64,000 nt of DNA, taken from Saccostrea cucullata. Taxonomy: Eukaryota. This document shows, one piece after another, positions 47,001 to 58,312 of the stretch (position 1 is the first letter of the stretch; every line of letters starts with the position of its first letter). The stretch lies in the NCBI RefSeq assembly GCF_032062105.1, contig NW_026925719.1:1-64000 (forward strand). Reading direction: 5' to 3'. Position numbers and translations under genes: made by a program. The notes beneath the pieces were generated by a model. The model was not told the DNA's origin. It saw only the letters and a program-made list of their open reading frames with translations, and searched no databases.

Positions 47001-50000
47001 ATCATTTTGTAGAAAATGACGGCCCTCCATTGGGCTGCCTTCCACAACAGACCAGAACATCTACAGCTGTTACTGATGAGTGGGGCGGTCATGCATTGTC
47101 AGGATATTGATGGAAAAACACCACTACACTGGGCTGCAGAGGTAATGATCTAAACTATGTCGGCACACCATAATACACTGAGCTACTTAGGTAAACTGCA
47201 AAAGAAGCAATATCACTAATTCTAAAGACTGAGGTTAACTACAAAGCTAAAAAACCATTACTCTATTTGGCTGTGCATCAATTTGAATGCTACTCAACAA
47301 AAGATACCACACTAAGCAGCTGAGATGCATCAGATACTGTCCTCAACATCAAAAGAGCTTCAAATGATATAAAAAAAATCAAAATTTATAATACACCAGC
47401 ATCAATCTCTACAATCTCCAGTGAACCTCTACAAACCTGAGTGTTATCATACTTAGAACTGTACTATAATGCTAACTAAACATCTTTTGAAACTGTAGAT
47501 GAAATCTGATAAAGACTCTGACCAAGACAATAAAATAAAATAAGTCAAACTTTTAGATCTCTAACATCAATATCTCAAAGGCATACATCAAACTGAGCTG
47601 GAAGTCCAAATCAATATTTTTCTTTATATTAATTTTGACCTCAATATCTTGAATCAAACTTTTTTCCCTGGCCCCAGTTAAAGATAACAAGGTTAGACTG
47701 TGGTTAATGTTGTTTTCAATCCCCTCCACAGAAAGGTAGTGTAGAGTGCTGCCATCTCCTGCTGCAGTGCTGTAAGGGGCCCAGCCTTGTCAACCAACAA
47801 GACCACAGCAGCAAGAACGCCATACACTACGCCGCGGCCGCCGGTCACTGTCTGTTGCTAAGGGAACTGGTCAGTGTGGAGGGGGCTGACCTAGAGGCTG
47901 AGGACCCGGATGACAGGTGAGAGAGAATAAATATAAAACTCAAAAAAAGTCAAGTTCCAACAAGTATTTTTTAAAATATAACAATGCTGTATTACATGCT
48001 TTAAGATTTTGTGCAAATCTCCCTGCTTACCAACACCTTTATACATGTTTGATTCAGTTTCAAGAATACATGTAATTCTGATAACACAGAAATTACCACC
48101 ACCCCCCCCACCCCACCCCCACCTTGATAATAACTCAATAATAACTCATGCTAATACCCAATTTAACAGCAAGAATTTTATATTTTTCTAGGACCCCACT
48201 CCACTGGGCCGCAGCTATGGGTCACACCCAGTGTGTTAATGTACTGCTGAATATGGGGGTCACGCCCAACCCCACAGACATTGAAGGAGGGACCCCGCTA
48301 GATTATGCCAGAAAGACAGGTCACAAAGGTCAGGCATTTACCTGTGGACAGCTGCTTTAATTTAAAAATTAATCTGCTGAGGAAATTTCTGTTCATGTCT
48401 CAAAAAGATTTGTCAAAAAGGGGGTATGTATATATATTGACCAATAAGGGGACAAGTTGGACCCACAATCCCTGAGGCATCTCACAGGTCTGAGTCAGAC
48501 AGGTCATATAAAGCTGCTAAACATAGTGTTACTAGATTAAGGTTCCATATTCTATTGTTTGCTTGCTAAATGTTGACTGATAATTGAAGCAGAAATAGGA
48601 CAAAGACATCCTTAAAAAAAACCGAATACAATATGTATCCCTGATAATCAAAATGACAATTTTCTGTTGTGAACAGGAACTTCTTTCCAAGCAAAACAGT
48701 AAAGATCGAATTTTAAAAGAATTTTTCTGACAAACACTTGATCTCTTTTCATTCTTTTCCCAGGTATTTAAAAAAAAGTTGGTAAAGCAATCTATCAGAA
48801 ATAAAGACAGCAAAAAAGAATAGATTAAAAGTTCAACACTTTTGTTTGACTTAAATAAGAATATTGACTAGAACTATAGGGTTTGATGTTTATGGAAATG
48901 AGAGTTTACACTGCAGTTTACACTGTTACTATGTCAAACAGTCTGGGAGCAATGAATAGTAACCTTATGTGTAATTGATAAAGGCTTAAAAAATAAAATA
49001 TAAAGTCTCTGTAGAACATGGAAAGTACATTAAGTAATTAACGATAAATCTTGATGGATTGTGATCAAAGTAAAAACATCAAAGGGAGATAATCAGAGCG
49101 TTCAGAGCGAACATCTATTGTGAAATGTCAATGGTTGACACTATATACATCTGAAAATAATTATCAGCACTTACTTGATCAATGCTTATATTTAGTGGAA
49201 CAAGTCAACTGCACAATTACTAAAATATAAATTTAAAATGTGACAAAACTCTAATTAAAATTTTTATGCTCTTTCCTTTAAAATTTTTTTTTATGTCTCT
49301 CTTGAGAATTTTTCACAGATATAAGTGATATCATCAGCTTATGGTGACTTTTACCACAAATTTTTACCTATGCTTTGCAATTATGGCTAAGATACGGTTC
49401 CGGATTCAGAATCAAAGTGGAGCCTTATGGTCTCAAAGCAAAAACATGTACCCCTATCCCTATCACCTGTTAAGAATTGCACAGCAATGTCAATTAACTG
49501 CATACTTTGTATCATGATAGAATGTCCTTTACAGAAAAAGAGTATAAATATTCAAATACTATGATGACAGGGAATATATCAGATACATGTACATTACATA
49601 ATAATTATAACAGAAATATCAGGCAAATGATTTAAGACATTTTTCTCATAAGTATTTCAGATTTACTTCTCTTTCTCCTTTAGCTGATTTATCTATTGTC
49701 TTGGTTAGATTAATTCTTTCTCAATGTGTACTATTATAATGAACTCTTTTTCACATAGAATGTGTAAGGCTATTGGAGGAGAAAATGGGAATCAAGGGCA
49801 GTAACATTGTAAACAGACGATCAAAAGTGAAAAAGTCTGACTCCAACCGCAATCCATTTGGGAAACTCAAAGACCTCTTCCGACCCCGAAACAAGAAGAT
49901 TTCTTCCACCCCAACCTCCGACGCTACAAGTGACTCTATAGAAATGAGGTCATTTGACAAGCAGTCCGGGACCACTTCCATGTCAAACTCCGAGCGATCT

Positions 50001-52098
50001 CTGAAAGAACTGGCCAAGAGAGAGGAATCGCGGCCCTCGTCAAAGTCACAGAGCCTCGAAAACCAAATAAAATCACCCGTCACCCCCACCAGTGTCATAG
50101 TGCCAAAAATCGTCCTGTCCACATTTGATGAGACAGAGGATGACAATGCATTGCTGAAACAGAGAAAAAGCAGGTCAAGGCGACACAAAAAGGTCAGAGG
50201 TCATCGCTATCATCTCCATCATGTTTCCTTTAGGAATATGGTTTTTGGCTCTTTTGATATTTAATACTTGTGATGTAAATTCTAACCAATCTTCTAGAAT
50301 GATTATTCTTCCAAACATTTAATCTGGTGACAGTGTAATAATGATTTGTCTGAAACTCTGAAACACTAACATATAAAGAAATTTCATTCAATGTTGCTTT
50401 AAACGCTCTACTCCTAGATTCTAATTATTATAATAGATTTTAATAACAAAGAAAAGTACAATTTCCTTGTCGAAACAGTCAAGCTTATGTTGTTTTGAAT
50501 AACGGAGAATTAATACTCTAATTTAACTTTGTAAATGTTCTGTTTATATAACATTCTGAATCTGAAACTTTTAATCATTTCGCTAACTGAACTTGTTTTA
50601 CAACATTTGTTTTTTACAGAAACGCTCACACAGACAGGTAACAGAGTTATTCTTCCTAATATTAACACTGCTATTAATTAATTACCTTTTCAATGGACCA
50701 TGATAATATTTTTTTATGGAGAGGGGGAGAATTGAAATAAGTCTATAGCTCCTCTTCTCACCTCAACACTATGAAACAAATGTCTCTATCTTTGTGTACG
50801 AGTTAATTGATAATAGTATGGTTGATTTATATAAATTTATTAAATGTTTTGGGTCAATTTTAACTTGTTTTTACTTCCTTCATATTTTCTATAGATTTAT
50901 TTGTCAGGAAAAAAAGGTAAAATAAAGCAAAATTTGATTTTGAAATATTTTCTCTTCATATTGCAGACATCAGCAACAACAACATTTGAAGAAAACTACG
51001 ACCTTCACACTGGCAGCAGTTTCATCAAGGACAAAAATCGCCTTGACAACCAGAATATTGGTGTTGGCATGGGAACCAGCAACCTGCTCCCTCCTGTGAT
51101 GAGTCCCAGGATGTCACCTCTACCCCCCTCCCCCATCCCTCAGGACCTCCCCAAAACACCCCCACCTCGCAAATCCTCCAGGGAACTGGCTCCTCTTAGG
51201 GTACCTCAGATCAAGTCTCCTGGTGAGTGAAAAAAAATGCCCCCTCCCTCATCCCCAAAAAAATTCTGTGGAAGATACAGATCATGGAAAAGAAAACATT
51301 CAAGAAATAAGTTGATATATTTCAAATTAAATTTAATTGACTTGTTATTTTTTAGTCCCTCCACCAATTCCAAGCATCCAGACCCCCGGAATATTGTATG
51401 ATGATGAGGATTCATCATCCCCAAATGCTTCTCCTCCCTTTTCTGGATACAGACGAATTGACAGGTCAGTGTTTACTTGCCTTTTATTACACTTTAATTG
51501 TTCTCACACAAATAAAAGTAGAAATGTATATTTTTCACAAAAATTTCACCTGCTTTTAGTTAGAATAATCTTTCTGCAATGTAAATCACTACGTCAACTT
51601 TCTTCGAGAGATCTCGTACACATATGAATGCTGATTATTTTCAGTGGAGTGTCAGTTGCTGTTCCACAGCTTTCACAAGAGCACCTTCACAGACAACTTA
51701 AATCAGAGACAAAGTCACCTCACCAGGCCACGTCACCATGGTTACAGGTCCAGCCGATTCAGAGAGACCCATACGAACGTCGTCTTTCAGGAAGTTCCCA
51801 AGCCTCCTCTACACAAGGAGGCATGGATCACAATGACTTCCTGTCTGTGTCTTCTGGTCAAAGGTCAAGGTTATCATCTATCTCACAAGGTTCCATCCAA
51901 TCAGGTCATAGGTCAAGGTTATCTTCCATATCGCCAGGGTCAGCTCGCAGTGACGTCAGTGTCAGATTGACCTCTATCACCCCCACTCATTATGGCTCCC
52001 CCAAGCCTGTGTCATTAGTAGGGTCACCAAGTCCCCCACAAATATCAAAAATAGAAAAACGGACAATGGACCGTAGAATTCATAGTCTACTTCATTAA
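35100..52098 (+). CDS. ANKRD55: Ankyrin repeat domain-containing protein 55-like (about 719 aa, 13 coding exons)
   Basis: Exons 35100-35103 (ATG G, inferred), 42865-42996, 44724-44854, 45893-46002, 46546-46606, 47013-47141, 47732-47916, 48192-48328, 49759-50192, 50620-50637 (microexon, inferred), 50967-51222, 51356-51464, 51645-52098. All are GT-AG and phase-consistent, totalling 2160 nt. About 9 ANK repeats carry ANKRD55-type signatures (DPSxLE..DSEG, ATYxGWxEG, LHWAAFHNxPxH, GPSxxN, DDRTPLHWAAA), followed by a Ser/Pro-rich tail. Confidence 0.92.
35421..37870. repeat. 25-bp tandem satellite (TACTGTCTCTTATTACATCAGTAGG)n, roughly 95 units, in ANKRD55 intron 1
   Basis: Clear 25-nt periodicity (e.g. 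35461, 35486, 35511) that degenerates after ~37700. Confidence 0.97.
38370..39350 (-). mobile_element. HINE-type element in reverse orientation with about 6 units of ~155 bp
   Basis: Repeated CATTTTGAAAGAATTTCACAGAAATTTCTATTTTTAGTAACCACGGCAACACCG..., ending in a GGACAGACAG/GGACGGACG microsatellite. Confidence 0.75.
43499..44073. mobile_element. PIF/Harbinger-type MITE
   Basis: TIR AGGCCGGTTTACACTATGCATCTTGACACATGCATCT with a perfect reverse complement at the right end, TAA TSD on both sides, and internal copies of the TIR motif. Confidence 0.88.
44121..44217. mobile_element. 97-bp perfect foldback MITE with 9-bp TSD
   Basis: 46-bp perfect arms (44121-44166 / 44172-44217), a 5-nt loop, and ATAATCTCT duplicated at 44112-44120 and 44218-44226. 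Confidence 0.92.
44900..45530. repeat. Intronic compound minisatellite (CCATAGCTACACAC core)
   Basis: More than 15 variants of CCATAGCTACACAC followed by CATGGCAG or TATTCAATAA. Confidence 0.85.
46210..46337. mobile_element. Foldback MITE, possible CAG TSD
   Basis: GCTCCGGGGCCATAAAAC...GCACACTTTTGATCTCAGTCTCACTTTT pairs with AAAAGTGAGACTGAGATCAAAAGTGTGC...GTTTTATGGCCCTGGAGC. Confidence 0.8.
50620..50637 (+). CDS. ANKRD55: 18-nt phase 0-0 microexon of ANKRD55 (KRSHRQ)
   Basis: Branch point CGCTAAC at 50581, polypyrimidine tract, acag| acceptor and CAG|GTAAC donor; frame-preserving. Confidence 0.7.
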
Positions 52099-53157
52099 CA
52101 TACACAAGCTTCATTATTTGCTTCTTTGATAAACCAAGAACCTACAAAGAGAGATAACTGTCTAAGTAATTTGATAACTTTTTTAACTAATGTGTAATTG
52201 CTAACAGTCACATTTTTTTTTCAATTTGTATGCACACAAAATTGCAATGTCATTTTTTGGATAACATTCATTGTTAACATTTATTGTATCTATTTAAATG
52301 AATGAAAATAATTTACTTACATTGAACTCCAGTGTACAACATTGTGCAAGATTATTTATAATTTCCTGACATATTTTCCCTGTGCCTGCTACTAAATGTG
52401 GACCTCTGCTTATTTTTTGATGTTAGATTTTATGACAGTGATGTTCTAAGAAAACTGACTCCAAGGCATCTGTGGATCAAAAACTAAGTTTCTTCAAATC
52501 ACTGGGAATTTGATTTGATACATCAGACAAGTGAACTCTGAACTTTCACAGCTGATAATTAATTTTGACTGTATCCTCCTGCATTTTTTAAAAGACCTTG
52601 TGTATAAGGATATTTCCATATGTATGCAAATCTTCAAAGATATCAGATTTCTTATTAAAGATATTCATGACAAATTTTCCCCTGCACACATACACATCAG
52701 TTTTCATTGAAAATACTTAGTTATATTGAGTAAAATTCATAAATGTAAAATATAGTTTCCATAACTTGTGTGAATTAATAAGAATTGCTGTCTTCTGACA
52801 AAAAAAAATAATGATTCAAGAATGAGAGAGAAAATCAACTTAAGAGCACATCTTATAAAACCTTTTGTCCATTTGACATGCTGAAGTGTTCAAAGTATGT
52901 CTGTATATATTTTTAACTTGCGGATCATGGTCAATCAAATACATCCTATGGGTTCACTGATAAAAATGAATCAAATTGTAGGCATGATAAAACATTACCA
53001 CAATGAAACATTTTATAGAATACCTTTGTAATTTTCTTTTATGTTCTAAATTACTTTTCTGCTGGACTTGCATGGTATATTATCTGATACACAGGTCAAA
53101 TGTTGATAGTAAATTTAAGTTATTTTTGTTTTATAATTACTTATTGCAATTTGTTGA

Positions 53158-53200
53158 AAATAAAATACACTGACTGAAGATAACTTTGTTGTTTTCTGTA
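53158..53200 (+). terminator. Probable ANKRD55 polyadenylation signal
   Basis: AATAAA at ~53159 followed by a GT/T-rich downstream element (TTTGTTGTTTTCTGT). Confidence 0.45.
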
Positions 53201-53759
53201 CATAAACTCTATACACCAATACTCTTGTTCTAAAGCAAAAGAATCATTTCACTGGAAAAGAAACGAAATACTGAAATTGCTTTTGCAAGCATTTTATTTT
53301 GTCAGTTATGCCAATTTTTTTTTTTTTTTTTTTTAATTTAAAAATATTTATAATATCATATATCAAAAAGTCAAAACTTTGTGTATGAAAGATTACAGCT
53401 TGTGTGCCATTGGCAACCTGTCTCTGGATTTCCATCGTTGCCTTCTTCCCTAGAGCCCCTGAACCAATTCAAAGCAAACTTGGCAAAAAGGGATTCAAGT
53501 TCCTACACATACGGGAACAGGCCCTTTCAAACCAAAATTTTCAGACAAAATTGTGTGTCTGAGCGTCGGAGCCCCCAGTTCAACACAATGCTTCAATAGG
53601 ATGGTACCATTGTATTGTGAATTACCACTACATGTAGTTTGACATAGATTGACAAACTGATACATTTTTTTCATTGGTAGTGTGTGAATTGACCCTTTTG
53701 CAGGTCACACAGTATGTGGATTAATTGATGTGGCAGATCAAGGATACTGATTTATCTTT

Positions 53760-56400
53760 TTTGGATAATGGATTGATACTAAGGAAAACAGAGAGAGGAT
53801 TAATGCTTCTAAGGAAGGCAAAGTGAGGATTGAGGAAGGTAGTTTGAAGGCTGTTTCTTCTTCTAAGGAATGCAGTGGGTAATTGGTCCTTCTAAGGAAG
53901 GCAATGGGCGGATTGGTCCTTCTAAGGAAGGTAGTGGGTGATTGATCCTTCTAAGGAAGGCAGTGGGCGATTGATCCTTCTAAGGAAGGCAGTGGATGGA
54001 TTGGTCCTTCTAAGGAAGGCAGTGGGTAGATTGGTCCTTCTATGGAAGGCAGTGGATGGATTGATCTTTCTAAGGAAGGCAGTGGATGGATTGGTCCTTG
54101 TAAAGAAGGCAGTGGGTGGATTGGTCCTTCTAAGGAAGGCAGTAGGTGAATTGGTCATTCTAAGGATAGTGGGGGGTGAATTGTCCTTCTAAGGAAAGCA
54201 GTGGGTGGATTGGTCCTTCTAAGGAAGGCAGTGGGTGGATTGGTCCTTCTAAGGAAGGCAGTGGGTGGATTGGTCCTTGTAAGGATAGTGGTGGGTGGAT
54301 TGGTCCTTCTAAGGAAGGCAGTGGGTGAATTGGTCTTTCTAAGGATAGCGGTGGGTGAATTGGTCCTTCTAAGGAAGGCAGTGGGTGGATTGGTCCTTCT
54401 AAGGAAGGCAGTGGGTGGATTGGTCCTTCTAAGGAAGGCAGTGGGTGGATTGGTCCTTCTAAGGAAGGCAGTGGATGGATTGGTCCTTCTAAGGAAGGCA
54501 GTGGGTGGATTGATCCTTCTAAGGAAGGCAGTGGGCGATTGGTCCTTCTAAGGATGGCAGTGGGTGGATAGGTCTTTCTAAGGAAGGCAGTGGATGGACT
54601 GGTCCTTCTAAGAAAGGCAGTGGGTGGATTGGTCCTTCTAAGGAAGGCAATGGATTGATTGGTCCTTCTAAGGAAGGCAGTGGGTGGATTGGTCCTTCTA
54701 AGGAAGGCAGTGGGAGGATTGGTCCTTCTAAGGAAGACAGTGGGTGGATTGGTCCTTCTAAGGAAGGCAGTGGGTGGATTGGTCCTTCTAAGGAAGGCAG
54801 TGGATGGATTGGTCCTTCTAAGGAATGCAGTGGGTAATTGGTCCTTCTTAGGAATGCAGTGGGCAATTGATCCTTCTCAAGAAGGCAGTGGGTGGATTAG
54901 TCCTTTTGAGGAAGAAAGTCAATGGAAAGATTCCTCTAAGGAAGGCAGTTTCCATTTAAGAAAAAGATATATAGGATTGATATTAGGGAAGGTTTTGGGT
55001 GGATTGATTCCTTTGAGAATGGTAGTGGGTAAATTCATTTTTCTAAGGAAGTCAGTGGGTTGGTTAATCCTTGTGATAGACAGTGGGTATATTAATCTTA
55101 CTTAGGAAAGCAGTGGGTGAATTAGTCCTTCTAAGTAAGGCAAATGGTGGATCATTCCTTTGAGGAAAAGAGTAGGTAAATTGATCATTCTAAGTAAGGC
55201 ATTAAGTAGGTTGGTCCTTTTGAGAAAGGTAGTCGGTAAATTGATTATTTTGAAGAAAAAAGGTGGATTGATCCTTGCAAGGTAGGCAGATTATGGATTG
55301 GTTCTTTTCAAGAAGGAAGTAGGTGGATAGATCCTTCTAAGGAAGGAAGTTTCCATTTAAGGAAAAGATATGGTGGATTGACTGAGTTTATTGATTCTTT
55401 TGCAGAAAGTGTAGAAAAATTTATCTTTCTTATGAAGTCAGTGGGTTGGTTATCCTTTTGAAAGGGAGTGAGTGGATTGATCCTTCTAAGAAAGGCAATT
55501 GGTGAATTGATCCTCCTAACTAAGGCCAATAATGGATTTTTCCTTTTAGGAAGAAAATGGGTGAATTGATCCTTCAAAAGGCAGCAGTGGGTGGGTTGAT
55601 CCCTTTAAGAAAAGAATTTGGTGGATGGATTCTAAGGATTGCAGTGAGTGGATTGATTCTTCTGAGGAAGGCCTTGGGAAGATGATCCTTCTAAGGTAGT
55701 GGGTGGAATGACCCATTAAAGGAAAGTAATAGGTGGAATGATACTAAGAAAGAAAGAAAAAAAATGATTTAAAAAGTGGGTGGAGTGATCCTTCTAAAGA
55801 AGGCAGTACTAGTAAATTGATTGAGCTTTTTGATGAAGGAAGTGGGTGGGTTGATCCTCCTAAGGAATTCAGTGGGTAAATTGATCCTTTTCAGGGAGGT
55901 AATGGGTGGATCGATCCTTCTAAGGAAGGTATGTTCCATTTAAGGAAAGGTATTGTGGATTGACTTTAAGGGAGTCAGGTTGCTTTATTTTGAGGAGGAC
56001 AGTGGGACAATTGACTCTTTTTAAGAAGACAGTGGGTAGATTGATCCTTCTCAGGAAGTTGGTGGGTTGATTGATCCTTTTGAGGAATTCTAAGGCAATG
56101 GGTGGATTCATCCTTGTAAGGAAGGTGGTCATTGGATTGATCCTTCTAAGGAAGGTAAAAGGAAGATTTATTATCTTAAGGAAGCCATTGGATGGATTGA
56201 TCATTCTTTTGAAGACAATTGTAACATAAATTCTTTGAGGTAGGAAGTTGGTAGATTGATCCTTCTTGTAAAGGCAGAAGTTAGATTTATCCTATAGAGG
56301 AAGGTAATGGGTAGATTGGTCCTTTTGAGTGCAGTACCCTGTTAGGAAGGCAGGTGATGGATTAACGCTTTTGCGACTGGGAATGTTGGATCAATCTGTT
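53760..56400. repeat. 30-bp tandem satellite (GGTCCTTCTAAGGAAGGCAGTGGGTGGATT)n with homogeneous core 53860-54880 and degenerate flanks
   Basis: 30-nt periodicity is visible directly and produces repetitive ORFs on both strands. Confidence 0.97.
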
Positions 56401-57689
56401 TGAGTTTGTTAATGGTTAAGTGTATGTAAATATTTTAGTTTAGTTTTTTTGGAGTTGGTTGGATTTATGCTAATGGTATTGGTGGTTTGGTCCTTTTGAT
56501 GTCGTCAAGGTTGAGTGATACTGGGATCAGTGGCTAAGTCTCTTTTTCAGTTTTCAGTGATTGAGTGGATGGACAAAGAGCCAGCGTATTTTGACTATTT
56601 AAATTAACTTTCATATTAGAATCATATTCAAAAAAAGAAAATGCACACACCTGCCCAGCCTTAGATCTGAATTTTCATATGTCGCAAGCGCTCTTTTTGC
56701 GTGAAAAAAGGAAATAACAACAAATGTCTGCATTGTAATCCGGTAAAATTCAGATATTTAATGGAATCTCCTTAACATGCATTCCCAGAATCTAATTTAT
56801 AAAGAGCAAATGCATTGCCGGTAACTTGCATGTCTTATTTCTTCTTAATTGGTACATGTAGGTGCTTGCTATTGCATTTATCCCTTTTCCCTAAGATCGA
56901 AAAATCTTGATATATCGCATTCTCGTAACATTTGAAGGCAGCTATAATTTGTAGAACTTTAAACTTGACTAAGAAAAAAGAAGTATTTATAATGAAATCA
57001 CGATTGTGTAATAAGTTAAAAATGAAGAGCCGGTGATAGTTAATTTAGTGTAGTCATATCGAGAAGCTTCAAGTTTTCCCGCGCAAATGTCATTATTGTT
57101 TAAACGCTGTATAACTTGTACGGATAAACATAAAACAAAATAAGTCAAGCAGAAATATGTAATCTGTACATCTAAATCAGGGTATATTGTAAGTAAGATC
57201 AATAGATTAAATTTTTTATCGAAATAACGGGAGTATACTTGTACTTTAACCTTGACCGTCAGCGAGTTAAATAGCTAAAATACATCAATGATGCGTTCGC
57301 TTCTCTCTGCGCACTCTTTATCTAACTTCTCAGATGTTTAAAAAGTGCGATTCGGGTTCAGGAAGTATTATTTAAATTTGATCGTCTGTCACATCAAAGT
57401 CACAAACCTAACGTTCACATTAACATGAGAAGAGGCCTCCCCAGTGTGTCCGCCGCCGCGAAGTCTTTTGACAGAACGTGAAATCTTTCGCGGAAATAAA
57501 TTATTCCCAAATTGTCACATACACAGCAATCGCTTAATTAAAAAAAATCATAGCTGCTTTGATGCATTGAGAAATAATGATGTATATCTTTAGCCGTTTA
57601 GATTAGATCCGCAATGTGATACATAGAACAATAAAAGAACACCCCTATTAACTGCGCTAAAAGATCGGGTTAATTGCTTTATATTTCGA

Positions 57690-58312
57690 CATGTTGTCTG
57701 GTTTCCTTGCACGTACCCGACCGTCGGATCGATAGATCGACGAGTAACGCCATCATTGGAGGGTCGATACGACAGAAGCGCGGAGGCCGTGTATTCAAGC
57801 CGTTCAATTGATTGCGAAGGAAATATTTACTTAAGGAAAAGTTTTATAAACACTGGTGACAAAAACTGCCTTGGATTAACAAAGAGCAAGGAATTTAGCC
57901 AGGGGAACTTGAAATAGCCTCAGAAAAGGGAATCTCGCCGCGAGCTTATCCGCTCTAGTACAGAAATAGCGGGGACACATTCCTAAAGCGGATTACCCAG
58001 CAGTTAACGAGGAAATACGCTAAACAAGAGTACATTAGCGAAGCGACATCAGCAGGCATCTGACGAAAGATTTATCTATTAACTTATGTACTATTGTTAT
58101 TGACATGTAGAAATTACGGAAATTAACAGATTAATTAAAGATCAAATCGTGTTAATTTCATGGGATGTGACGGATTTCATTGAAAGGCAGTGTATTCAGT
58201 TCCATATAAATGTGACAAAGCAAATAATTAATAGGATTAATAATTTAGCGGGTAAGGACCTATTGGAAAGATCTGTGAATTTATTTCTTTGAATGTGGTG
58301 GATCTAAGAAAT
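57690..58312 (+). promoter_or_regulatory. HOPX upstream regulatory region
   Basis: CpG-enriched 57690-58070, TATA-like TATAAAT at ~58204, and clustered TAAT/GGATTA homeodomain-type sites at 58120-58250. Confidence 0.4.

Noticed and set aside
49751-50188. 145-aa minus-strand ORF
   Set aside because: Antisense to ANKRD55 exon 49759-50192.
51855-51920. AGGTCA nuclear-receptor half-site repeats
   Set aside because: They lie inside coding sequence and are explained by the Arg-Ser codon repeat.
53922-56204. Multiple repetitive ORFs on both strands
   Set aside because: Products of a 30-bp satellite with frequent frameshifts; no splice or start context.
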